Under the pieces are notes generated by a model. The model was not told the origin of the DNA. It made no database searches and was given only the letters and a program-made list of their open reading frames with translations. The position numbers were made by a program, and so were the translations under genes. Shown piece by piece: positions 56,901 through 64,000 of a stretch of 64,000 nt of DNA. Source of the DNA: Nitrospinae bacterium CG11_big_fil_rev_8_21_14_0_20_45_15 (lineage in GTDB: Bacteria > Nitrospinota > Nitrospinia > Nitrospinales > VA-1); the NCBI GenBank assembly GCA_002787235.1, contig PCWG01000023.1, forward strand, positions 3,130-67,129, written 5' to 3'. Within the stretch, counting starts at the first letter, position 1. Every line of letters starts with the position of its first letter.

Positions 56901-57522
56901 TCGCATTTTGCGCACCAATCAGAGCGGCTTTGGTTTCCAGAATGTCTTGCTGGGTTTCAAACAATAGAATGTCTGCGCCGCCTTCGATGAGACCGGCAAC
57001 CTGTTTTTGAAAGTTATCGACGATCTGCGCGAATGTGGCTTTTTTCAGATCTGCATCCGTGCTTGATAAAACGTAATTCGAGGGGCCGATAGAACCCGCG
57101 ACAAACAAGGGCCGACCATCGTATTCCGGCAGAGCTTTATAATCTTCAATCGCCTGTTTGGCAATGCGGGCTCCATGAATGTTCAGATAGCGGGTGATTT
57201 CCGTAAGATCATTTTTTTTGAGATCGAGTTCAGCCGGGATCGCAGAAAGAGACGAAACGTCAATTTTGGAAAAATCAAATTCCCCCAGTCTTAAAGGAGT
57301 GGCACCAAAAGTGTTGGTTTCAATGATATTGGCTCCCGCCTTAAGATAAGCCAGATGAATTCCTTTGAGATCGTCGGGACGAGAGAAAATCAATAAATCG
57401 GTCAGCATTTTGAATTCGGCACCGCCAAAATCGGCGTCTTCCAATTCGAGTGCCTGCACCATGGTTCCCATGGCTCCGTCCAAAACTAAAACATGCTTAG
57501 AAAGTATTTCCTGAAAGGTCAT
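53905..57522 (-). CDS. metH: Cobalamin-dependent methionine synthase
   Basis: 1205 aa with four modules: Hcy-binding (LVLDGAMGT...GGCCGT), pterin-binding, B12-binding (DVHSIGKD = DxHxxG) and a C-terminal AdoMet reactivation domain. Confidence 0.96.
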   Translation of the reverse strand: MTFQEILSKHVLVLDGAMGTMVQALELEDADFGGAEFKMLTDLLIFSRPDDLKGIHLAYLKAGANIIETNTFGATPLRLGEFDFSKIDVSSLSAIPAELDLKKNDLTEITRYLNIHGARIAKQAIEDYKALPEYDGRPLFVAGSIGPSNYVLSSTDADLKKATFAQIVDNFQKQVAGLIEGGADILLFETQQDILETKAALIGAQNAMATAQHLLPVMVQVTVDQFSKMQIFNTDIHAAYTAVSGMNIDVFGVNCNVGPELMVDTVKKMSRICKGPISVVPNAGQPISEEGKTCYKLSPQDMADAMEPFVHEWGVNIVGGCCGTSPAHIKALSERFKGVVPLKRTSDSRVYVSGPQEVAALDSSENLIRIGERLNVRGSKKVRDAVEQDDEIDFQALDEVAQEQVRDLGIEIIDICMDSNIVETERVLPEIIHGMTSDFKGVFCIDSFSVEALQVAIEQYPGRPIINSISLEEYKDGVSKLDAVLSTTSAHGPIYIALVNGEKGPGQTEQEKFDLADEIVRQCRDKYGVQPSQLLIDVNAYPIGSESVEGLNFCAETLSALPRIKAIHPDLKTSIGVGNLTNGLAKKPYMRKVLTSVFLELAREKGLDCAILNPHHYVPLESLPKDDVELARQVILDRNMAAFERLEEIALTKETGTVVAKIDYDHLPLEESICLKIRDGRKEKRIGSFEKAGGVFNFSDSIVLQVAQAVDKHDPLEFINDFLMKTMKELGDGFGRGEVSLPHLLKSADVMRHVMTFLESWMRHKSGANMTDEIQYKGVIVLGTVYQDVHSIGKDLAKTLLENYGYRVIDLGVQVPLENFIETAKKEKADAIGMSALLVQTSNHMISVARMLNEMKFKIPLLIGGAPVNHRHAGYVAMHGQSEIENILGDVFYCENGMDGVNTMGQLISKKTLPAFLKKNKERLTTEYQRAKGMQETRDKLLEELPRRKVSFKKHEPPREGYGIHRLELKLNKMAPNLDTKSLYSLNWKFGKQSSWEQKGVKESELEKLREEWMSKSESEGWISPRSRFALLPAQSDGDDVILYDPENHQIELGRIKFSLCIGKGQKDKFSVAQYVFPKSSGQMDALGLQITTAGPQLVDAVAKFKNEHDSESSLYLQGLGDRITEDLAEYIHTLIRTRAGLKRDRQGQRYSPGYAALTDLKNNKTIWDILKAQDIGVTLTDSGEFDPPSATAAVICFHPDASYS

Positions 57523-57678
57523 GAAGTATTCTTAATAGGGAAAAGTTGAAATTAACACTCAATGGCACAAATACCGGAATTGAGTTGTAATAGTTATTGA
57601 GTCCAAATCGGAAGAATGTTCTTCGTGGATTTTGAAACTAGAAAATGCAACGCACTGAGCCCTGAATTTATTTTTCTG

Positions 57679-57707
57679 ATTATAGCGTAACTGAAGCAAA
57701 GTCCCAA
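57679..57707 (-). promoter_or_regulatory. Candidate sigma-70 promoter of metH
   Basis: On the minus strand: TTGGGA (57707-57702), 17-nt spacer, TATAAT (57684-57679). This predicts a ~150-nt leader. Confidence 0.5.
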
Positions 57708-57737
57708 GCCAGTTTCCAGTTGGCAAAGCAAGTTGCA

Positions 57738-58673
57738 TTATAATTCTTTTCCAGAAGAAGGTGTGGATTCTTTCCCGAATATACTTTCAAAAAGTGTGAG
57801 CTTGTCCTTGGCGCATCGGAAACCGACATCCATTTTTTTAGAGAGCGGGTTCATTTTTTCGCGGTAGGAAGCGCGTGCTTTTTTAGCGACGACATCTGCG
57901 TACACGCTGCCATTGAAATGACCCACACCCATAAAGGACAATCCTCTGAGCACGACATACTTTTTACCATAGTCCTTGCTCTCATACTGGTTGTGGGGAT
58001 AGGGTAGATAATAATCCCAGACCCATTCCCAGACGTTCCCAACCATATCTTCAGTGCCAAACGGACTGGAGCTTGCCGGATAACTGCCAACCGGCTTGAG
58101 TCCTTTTCCGGTTTTTAATTTTACAGATCGGCTGAGATTGGCGGCATCAAAAGAGAACTCGTTGCCCCAGGGATAGATCCAACCGTCATAACCTCTGGCC
58201 GCCTTTTCCCATTCCGCTTCTCTTGGCAATCGCTTTCCAGCCCATTCGGCATAAGCCGTCGCATCGAAGAAACTGACATGGGTGACGGGTAAGTTTCCTG
58301 CGCCGTCTGGGTACTTTTGATAAGGTTTCCAGTGAGGTGGAGGGTGCCGGCCTGTGGCTTGACAGAAAATATAATATTGCTGATTTGTGACTTCGTACTT
58401 GTCTATATAAAAGGCTTTAAGGTATATCTTATGTTGTGGTGACTCATCAGCAAACCAGGGTTTTTGCAATCCCAGACCTAAAGCTTGATTTTCAGTGTCG
58501 GTTTCGTCGGTTCCCATAATGAATTTTCCAGCGGGTACCAATACCATTCCCGGCGGAGGAGGCTCAAGCATACAAGCAGATTGGCTTGTCAGCATCAATG
58601 TTAACAAGAATATTTTAAATTTCCAGGACATCGCCCGTTTCATGAATTTTTCTCCCCAAGAATTTCTGCTCAT
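57738..58673 (-). CDS. FGE-fold (SUMF1-type) lipoprotein lacking the FGE catalytic Cys pair
   Basis: Lipoprotein signal ...FLLTLMLTSQSAC. MVLVPAGKFIMG, RLPREAEWEKAARG, GNVWEWVWD, VGFRCAKD. The true start is probably an internal Met (58643 or 58631). Confidence 0.8.
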   Translation of the reverse strand: MSRNSWGEKFMKRAMSWKFKIFLLTLMLTSQSACMLEPPPPGMVLVPAGKFIMGTDETDTENQALGLGLQKPWFADESPQHKIYLKAFYIDKYEVTNQQYYIFCQATGRHPPPHWKPYQKYPDGAGNLPVTHVSFFDATAYAEWAGKRLPREAEWEKAARGYDGWIYPWGNEFSFDAANLSRSVKLKTGKGLKPVGSYPASSSPFGTEDMVGNVWEWVWDYYLPYPHNQYESKDYGKKYVVLRGLSFMGVGHFNGSVYADVVAKKARASYREKMNPLSKKMDVGFRCAKDKLTLFESIFGKESTPSSGKEL

Positions 58674-59625
58674 CGAATTAGATCAAATTGATTTTGAAGA
58701 TCACCTCACCAATTTTTCGCTCAGCCAGGCACCTGAAGAATTGGAAGAATCTATCCGAACGGTGGGGATCATCCACCCTGTGGGTCTTGTCCGTAAATCT
58801 GAAGGGTATCGTATTGTTTGTGGACACAGGCGTTTGAGTATTGCCAGAAAATTAAAATTCTCTTCGGTTTCGGCATTTATCATAAATACAAATCTGGCTG
58901 ATGAAGAGTTGATTTCATTTAATTTGCAAGAAAACCGTTCGCATCGTCAATATGGCGATATAGAAAAAGGTGGGATTCTTACGATTTTAAAAAAATCAGG
59001 GGTTGAAGATGACCGGCTTGTGCAAGAGTATATGCCCCTTGTAGGCTTGGAGAAAAGTAAAAAATTGCTGAATGATTTTCTGCAAACTTCCCGATTGAGT
59101 CATGGTTTTCAAAAACTATTGCACGATCTGAATGTTTCTCTGCGAATAGCCAACGTCATTTGCGGTTGGAGCAAAGAAAGTCGTGATTCTGCCGAGATTT
59201 TATTTTCCATACTTCGACCTGGTGTCAACAAGTGGCGAGATTTGCTTGAGTTGCTTGACGAGACCGCACTGCGCGAAAAATTGGAACCCTGTGAAATCAT
59301 TCAATGGACACCACTACAAGCCATACTTGAACAAACTCATCTGAGTCCCGGCCAGAAATACGACAGCATTGTTCAATCCCTTCATCCCCGACGCTACCCC
59401 CTGTTGTCGGATCTCAACAAGAAAATCGCAGGTGCTTTGGACCGCCTGGACCTTCACCCGGACACTCTGGTGAAAACGCATAAAAATTTTGAGAACGACG
59501 AAGTGCGTATCGAAATGAAATTTCGTAACATCAGCGAGTTGAAAGGGCAACTGCTTCGTCTGACACCAGCGGTCGACTCTCCTGCAATGCAGGAATTGGT
59601 CGATACACTGAGAAATCTTGATTGA
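58642..59625 (+). CDS. ParB/Srx-fold N-terminal domain protein (orphan, no ParA)
   Basis: IELDQIDF...SIRTVGIIHPVGLVRKSEGYRIVCGHRRLSIARKL matches the ParB N-domain, including the GxRR box. The C-terminal ~230 aa are unassigned. The longest ORF (58495) overlaps the divergent gene. Confidence 0.7.
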   Translation: MNFSPQEFLLIELDQIDFEDHLTNFSLSQAPEELEESIRTVGIIHPVGLVRKSEGYRIVCGHRRLSIARKLKFSSVSAFIINTNLADEELISFNLQENRSHRQYGDIEKGGILTILKKSGVEDDRLVQEYMPLVGLEKSKKLLNDFLQTSRLSHGFQKLLHDLNVSLRIANVICGWSKESRDSAEILFSILRPGVNKWRDLLELLDETALREKLEPCEIIQWTPLQAILEQTHLSPGQKYDSIVQSLHPRRYPLLSDLNKKIAGALDRLDLHPDTLVKTHKNFENDEVRIEMKFRNISELKGQLLRLTPAVDSPAMQELVDTLRNLD

Positions 59626-59667
59626 AGCAGTAACAGGCTTTCTTTGAGGTATTTGCGACGTAGCGTA

Positions 59668-60228
59668 TTATTCCGACTCTTGATGTCTTTTCTTCACGTT
59701 CGGTACTTTGAGCCCAAAGAAGGGAACCTTTTCGTCCTGTATGGTCAAGCTTTTGTACAATGCGTGAAACTCTTCGTCGTTCAAGTCCGGATTTAACAAC
59801 TGGCTGACCTGCTCGGGTGTTACGGTTTGTTGCGACAATTCGTCAAACATCGTGGCCCCGACTCCCACCCAGTGTGCAGGGATGAACTCTTGCACGACCA
59901 GACTTTCGATTCCGCTGGTGTATTTTTGAGACACTTGAAGAATATGGCGCGCAATGTAAGCTGGCACACAACGACCGATCGCAAAATTTTTGGAAGTATC
60001 ACCTAAAGGATAAGGACGCAAGGCAGTACGAACATTGCCAATGGTCTTATACTCGGCCTTTATTTTTTTTTCGTCCTTGCGGAATTTTTGAGAGAAATAG
60101 CCTTCAACTTTAATCTTTTTCGTCCCTTCGGGAGCACATTCTTCTGCGGCCCAGACAGCTTGAGGGATTGTTCCCCAAATGCCTATTGAAAAGGTGAGCA
60201 ATAGAATTGCGGTAAAATTCACTTTCAT
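59668..60228 (-). CDS. Hypothetical secreted protein
   Basis: 186 aa with signal peptide MKVNFTAILLLTFSIGIWGTIPQAVWA. No recognised motifs. Confidence 0.55.
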   Translation of the reverse strand: MKVNFTAILLLTFSIGIWGTIPQAVWAAEECAPEGTKKIKVEGYFSQKFRKDEKKIKAEYKTIGNVRTALRPYPLGDTSKNFAIGRCVPAYIARHILQVSQKYTSGIESLVVQEFIPAHWVGVGATMFDELSQQTVTPEQVSQLLNPDLNDEEFHALYKSLTIQDEKVPFFGLKVPNVKKRHQESE

Positions 60229-60348
60229 AATATTTTGTCTCCGAGGGTTATCTGAATATAAGAAAAGGGTATTGTGAAGGATTGTGCAAGCTGTTTCAAT
60301 TTTAAAAAAGAATGGTGTTATAATACCGGAACCGAATGTAAGGTATTT

Positions 60349-60555
60349 TTAGCTATTGGTTGAACAGGCGGGACTGCAAAAATATTGTGTTTTGCCTTGC
60401 ACGGTTTTAGGCAATGCCTCCTCGCGAGGTACAAAGGCACCGCATTTCGCGCAGGGAGTCATTTCTGTGGGTGCAGGACTTCTTCCCGACTTGACAAAAG
60501 ACCAGAGTAGAGGAAGCGCAGCCAATAATATCCCAAAAATTATAAATCTTATCAT
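60349..60555 (-). CDS. Small membrane-anchored zinc-ribbon protein (PP0621-like)
   Basis: 68 aa. N-terminal TM, then CAKCGAFVP...YFCSPAC. Confidence 0.5.
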   Translation of the reverse strand: MIRFIIFGILLAALPLLWSFVKSGRSPAPTEMTPCAKCGAFVPREEALPKTVQGKTQYFCSPACSTNS

Positions 60556-60632
60556 GGCTTTATTCTAATATTGGCAACGTGTTGTTGGCAATTTTTTAAT
60601 TTTATATACCCGGTTACCCTAGCTTAATATTT

Positions 60633-61688
60633 ATGTCAGAAACAGATCCCGAAATAGATCCCGAAATCGAACTTGAATCAGAGGATGAAATAGAGGTCGA
60701 GCCTGAATCGGATGATTTCCTAAATGAGGACCTCACCGATGCGATTGATATAACTTCTGAAATCGATCTGGAAAAGGATGTCCCACCCGTAGACTCCATC
60801 AGTCAAGCCTTGATTCCTGTAGGCGAAAAAAATAAGTCTCTCGTCCCGCTTGACCCGTTGACCGCCTACCTTCAGGAAATTCGTCTGCATGAAGTGCTTT
60901 CCGAAGAGGAAGAATATCGCCTGGCAGTTCGCTTCAAAGAAACGGGTGATGTCAAGGCGGCTTATCGTCTGATCACCTCCAATCTGGTGTTGGTCGTGAA
61001 GATTGCGATGACCTTCCGGCGCGAATGGCAAAATATGATGGATTTGATTCAAGAGGGGAATGTGGGGCTCATGAAAGCCGTAAAGAATTTTGATCCTCTT
61101 CGCGGCGTACGTCTTCCAGCTTATGCAGGCTGGTGGATTCGTTCCTATATCTTAAAATACCTTTTGGACAATTGGCGTCTGGTCAAAGTAGGAACCACGA
61201 ATACCCGCCGCAAATTGTTGTATAATCTCAAAAAAGAGAAGGAAAAACTGGAGAGTGAAGGACATATCGCTACCACCAAACTTTTGGCGGAACGTTTTGG
61301 CGTCGATGAAAAGGAAGTGGTCGATGTTTCCATAGGCCTCGGTGCGTCGGATATCTCGGTGGACTCACCCATGAAGGCTGGCGGAACCCTGACGCCATTG
61401 GATATTTTGAGTGCTGGAGGCTCATTTGAAAATGAGTATGAAGAAGAAGATTTGTTTTCGGCCTTCCGAGCTCTCATTGAAGAACTGAAAGACTCGCTCA
61501 AACCGATAGAATGTCAAATCATTGAACAGCGTCTGCTGACCAACGAACCACGTTCGCTTCGAGAAATTGGGGAAGAGCATGGCGTGACGCGCGAGGCCAT
61601 TCGTCAGACGGAGCAGAGGTTGAAGGCTAAAATAAAAACCATCGTGAGTGAACGCCTGCCTGAAGCGGCCGATCATTTTACCGATTGA
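60633..61688 (+). CDS. rpoH: RNA polymerase sigma-32-like factor with an acidic N-terminal extension
   Basis: DLIQEGNVGLMKAVKNFDP..GVRLPAYAGWWIRSYI, plus the RpoH box WRLVKVGTTNTRRKLLYNLKK (E. coli: [21 protein letters not shown]). Region 4 reads LREIGEEHGVTREAIRQTEQRL. Confidence 0.85.
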   Translation: MSETDPEIDPEIELESEDEIEVEPESDDFLNEDLTDAIDITSEIDLEKDVPPVDSISQALIPVGEKNKSLVPLDPLTAYLQEIRLHEVLSEEEEYRLAVRFKETGDVKAAYRLITSNLVLVVKIAMTFRREWQNMMDLIQEGNVGLMKAVKNFDPLRGVRLPAYAGWWIRSYILKYLLDNWRLVKVGTTNTRRKLLYNLKKEKEKLESEGHIATTKLLAERFGVDEKEVVDVSIGLGASDISVDSPMKAGGTLTPLDILSAGGSFENEYEEEDLFSAFRALIEELKDSLKPIECQIIEQRLLTNEPRSLREIGEEHGVTREAIRQTEQRLKAKIKTIVSERLPEAADHFTD

Positions 61689-61733
61689 TCAAAATCAACT
61701 AAAATTAGAACCCTCTTTTTTGGAGAAAAAAAT

Positions 61734-63122
61734 ATGGATTACCGGATCGAATCTGACAGCATGGGCGAGATAAAAGTTCCCGCCGATCGTTATTATGGCG
61801 CGCAAACAGCCCGTTCTCTCATCCACTTCGATATTGGTATTGAAACCATGCCGCGCGAGATCATCAAGGCCATGGGACAATTGAAAAAAGCCTCTGCCTC
61901 CGTCAATACCGCATTGGGACTGCTCCCCAAAGAGGTCAATGATTTGATCGCTAAGGCCGCCGACGAAGTCATTGAAGGCAAACTCGACGATCATTTCCCT
62001 CTGCGAATCTGGCAAACGGGAAGCGGTACGCAATCGAATATGAACAGCAACGAAGTGATCGCCAATCGCGGCATCGAAATCAGCGGTGGCAAAATGGGTT
62101 CCAAAACCCCCATTCACCCCAACGACCATGTGAACAAAGGCCAATCCTCGAACGATACCTTTCCGACCGCCATGCATCTTGCCGCAGTGGCCCAGATCAA
62201 CGAACGATTATTGCCAGCAGTGAAGAAACTACGCGATACCTTGAAGAATAAATCGGAGGAGTTTGCTGACATCATCAAAATCGGACGCACGCACCTGATG
62301 GACGCAACCCCTCTGACGCTGGGACAGGAGTTCAGCGGTTACACCATGCAAATGAACAACGCTGTGAGACGCATCGAGTCCTGCTTGCCCGCCCTGTGCG
62401 AAATCGCACTGGGTGGAACCGCCGTTGGAACGGGTCTCAACTCGCATCGCGACTTCCCGCAAAAAGTGGCAGAAGAATTGGCGAAGATCACCGGACATCC
62501 CATCGTCACCGCACCCAATAAATTTGAAGCACTGGGCGCACACGACGCTGTGGTGGAAGCCAGTGGCGTTTTAAAAACAGTTGCCTGCTCTCTGATGAAG
62601 ATTGCCAACGATGTGCGCTGGCTCGGTTCCGGACCTCGATGCGGCATCGGCGAATTGATTCTGCCCGCCAACGAACCGGGAAGCTCCATCATGCCGGGCA
62701 AAGTGAACCCGACCCAGAGCGAAGCCATGACAATGGTCGCCGCGCAAGTCATCGGCAACGACACCACCATCGCCGTCGGTGGATCGTCCGGCAATTTTGA
62801 ACTCAACGTATTCAAACCCGTGATGATCTACAACCTCCTGCAATCCATTCGACTGCTGGCCGATGCTTGCCGATCTTTTGAAGAACATTGCGCCGTGGGG
62901 ATCGAACCCAACCGCACGCAGATCGACGCGCACCTGAGAAATTCACTCATGCTCGTGACCGCCCTGAATCCCCATATCGGTTACGACAATGCCGCGAAAG
63001 TGGCGAAGAAAGCCTATGAAGAAAATTCGACCTTGAAGGAAGCCGCCGTCGCATTGGGCCTGCTCACAGCAGAGGAGTTTGACAAAAATGTGCGTCCCGA
63101 AAACATGACAGGACCCGCATGA
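61734..63122 (+). CDS. fumC: Class II fumarate hydratase
   Basis: [28 protein letters not shown]...[16 protein letters not shown] signature. Confidence 0.96.
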   Translation: MDYRIESDSMGEIKVPADRYYGAQTARSLIHFDIGIETMPREIIKAMGQLKKASASVNTALGLLPKEVNDLIAKAADEVIEGKLDDHFPLRIWQTGSGTQSNMNSNEVIANRGIEISGGKMGSKTPIHPNDHVNKGQSSNDTFPTAMHLAAVAQINERLLPAVKKLRDTLKNKSEEFADIIKIGRTHLMDATPLTLGQEFSGYTMQMNNAVRRIESCLPALCEIALGGTAVGTGLNSHRDFPQKVAEELAKITGHPIVTAPNKFEALGAHDAVVEASGVLKTVACSLMKIANDVRWLGSGPRCGIGELILPANEPGSSIMPGKVNPTQSEAMTMVAAQVIGNDTTIAVGGSSGNFELNVFKPVMIYNLLQSIRLLADACRSFEEHCAVGIEPNRTQIDAHLRNSLMLVTALNPHIGYDNAAKVAKKAYEENSTLKEAAVALGLLTAEEFDKNVRPENMTGPA

Positions 63123-63230
63123 AATCAGTGACAGGATAAAGGTCTAGATAGAGTCGCAAACAAATTTTGATGGATTTTGAGAGTTTCAATCCCGCTTGCC
63201 TGTCATCTTTGCGTTGTGAGATAATGACCT

Positions 63231-63584
63231 ATGTTGAAACGTTTGTTTGATATTGCCAACGCCAATTGGAACCATTGGCGCGCAGAGAAGAAGGCGGAAC
63301 CCGAATTTGAGTTTCGCCCTGAAGAGGAGTTTCATGACTTTTCAGAACAGGAGTCTGCACCGCCGTCTCATCCATTGGCGCAATATTACGCCAATCTGGA
63401 ATTGAAACCCGGTGCCAGTCGTGAGGAACTCAAAAATTCCTGGCGACGTTTGATGAAAAAATATCACCCCGATCTGCATTCGAAGGATGAAGAAAAAAAA
63501 CGCATTGCCGACGAATTGACCCGCAGGTTGAACGAGGCGTATCATATTTTGGATAAGGATCTGGCCAAACACGAGAAAGGATAG
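63231..63584 (+). CDS. J-domain (DnaJ-like) protein
   Basis: C-terminal J-domain YYANLELKPGASREELKNSWRRLMKKYHPDLH, with the HPD tripeptide. Confidence 0.75.
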   Translation: MLKRLFDIANANWNHWRAEKKAEPEFEFRPEEEFHDFSEQESAPPSHPLAQYYANLELKPGASREELKNSWRRLMKKYHPDLHSKDEEKKRIADELTRRLNEAYHILDKDLAKHEKG

Positions 63585-63596
63585 AGGTATTTTTTA

Positions 63597-63992
63597 ATGG
63601 GACATTTTGAAAAAGTAAAAAATTACTTGCTGGAAATGGGGTTCTCCATAGACTCCGAGGATCTTGCCGAAGAGCTATGCGTTGTGAGCGACGAGGACCG
63701 GGGCATCAACAATCTGGTTTTGGATTGTGAAGACCCGATACTAATTCTCGAACAATTGATCATGCCGATCAAGGGAGGCTCTGCCGATAGCTTCAAACGC
63801 CTCCTGCAACTCAACCGCTCACTGGTCCATGGGGCCTTCGCTCTGGATGAGGACGGCACCACGCTTTTGTTCCGCGACACCTTGCAACTGGAAAATCTGG
63901 ACCTCAACGAATTGGAAGGTAGCATCGACGCGCTCAGTCTCGCCATGGCGGAACACGGCGAGGAACTTCTGGAAATCGCGAAGTCGGCTTAG
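63597..63992 (+). CDS. YbjN/type-III-chaperone-like small acidic protein
   Basis: 131 aa, acidic. The pattern (NYLLEMGF...E....LV..D...GI.NL.L...D..L.....I) resembles the YbjN family. Assigned from memory. Confidence 0.45.
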   Translation: MGHFEKVKNYLLEMGFSIDSEDLAEELCVVSDEDRGINNLVLDCEDPILILEQLIMPIKGGSADSFKRLLQLNRSLVHGAFALDEDGTTLLFRDTLQLENLDLNELEGSIDALSLAMAEHGEELLEIAKSA

Positions 63993-64000
63993 AGTTTACG

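Noticed and set aside
57523-57737. A possible cobalamin or SAH riboswitch in the ~150-nt metH leader.
   Set aside because: I found only short hairpins (e.g. GAAGA-ACAT-TCTTC and CTCAAT...ATTGAG). There is no B12-box-like or SAH-element-like sequence. A cmsearch against Rfam would be decisive.
60573-60597. A direct repeat TTGGCAA...TTGGCAA upstream of rpoH, considered as a sigma-54 promoter.
   Set aside because: GG/GC spacing does not fit the -24/-12 consensus (TTGT where TTGC is required).
1-64000. A search for CRISPR arrays, IS elements, integrases, phage genes, toxin-antitoxin pairs or long direct or inverted repeats.
   Set aside because: I recognised none by eye. The tRNA genes are not flanked by integrase-like ORFs or obvious att-like duplications. 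A dot-plot or ISfinder search would be needed to exclude small elements.

Overview
This is a 64-kb chromosomal window from a diderm (Gram-negative-type) bacterium. The taxon cannot be fixed from the sequence alone. A futalosine-pathway mqnA, a membrane pyrophosphatase, a sigma-54-type promoter and many multihaem cytochromes fit a Nitrospinota/Nitrospirota/deltaproteobacteria-like lineage, but that is inference only. I call about 55 protein genes, 3 tRNAs (Val-UAC, Asp-GUC, Gln-UUG), 4 clear rho-independent terminators and a few promoter candidates. I saw no rRNA, CRISPR array, transposase, integrase or prophage signature. Housekeeping blocks are glyQ; dapF-dapA-dapB; lolB-like/ispE/tRNA-Gln/prs/ctc/pth; hppA; mqnA; metH; rpoH; and fumC. 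The most unusual region is 20.1-30.8 kb, which holds two adjacent plus-strand operons. The first (pentahaem cytochrome c, outer-membrane beta-barrel, tetrahaem cytochrome c) looks like a porin-cytochrome module. The second has four translationally coupled genes: a cytoplasmic 4x[4Fe-4S] protein fused to cyclic-nucleotide-binding domains, a 5-TM protein with two His-x13-His pairs (candidate di-haem b), a membrane-anchored decahaem cytochrome c with a duplicated cytoplasmic 4-Cys module, and a membrane-anchored FAD/NAD(P)H reductase with a 2Fe-2S domain. Together they read as a possible cyclic-nucleotide-sensing electron conduit from cytoplasm to outer membrane, in an architecture I do not recognise. 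Three further loci deserve a second look. A minus-strand string at 15.5-19.3 kb encodes a PilZ-like protein, a GAF-GAF protein with a degenerate GGDEF domain, an MreB translationally coupled to it, a Zn-ribbon protein and a 2Fe-2S ferredoxin. A divergent Dlt-like locus at 46.8-52.5 kb pairs a sulfatase-fold enzyme with an adenylating enzyme, a carrier protein and an MBOAT-like acyltransferase. A Tat-exported MsrP-like Mo enzyme at 33.7-35.2 kb is coupled to an FGE-fold lipoprotein. All functional calls rest on motif recognition by eye in the supplied translations. No database search was run.
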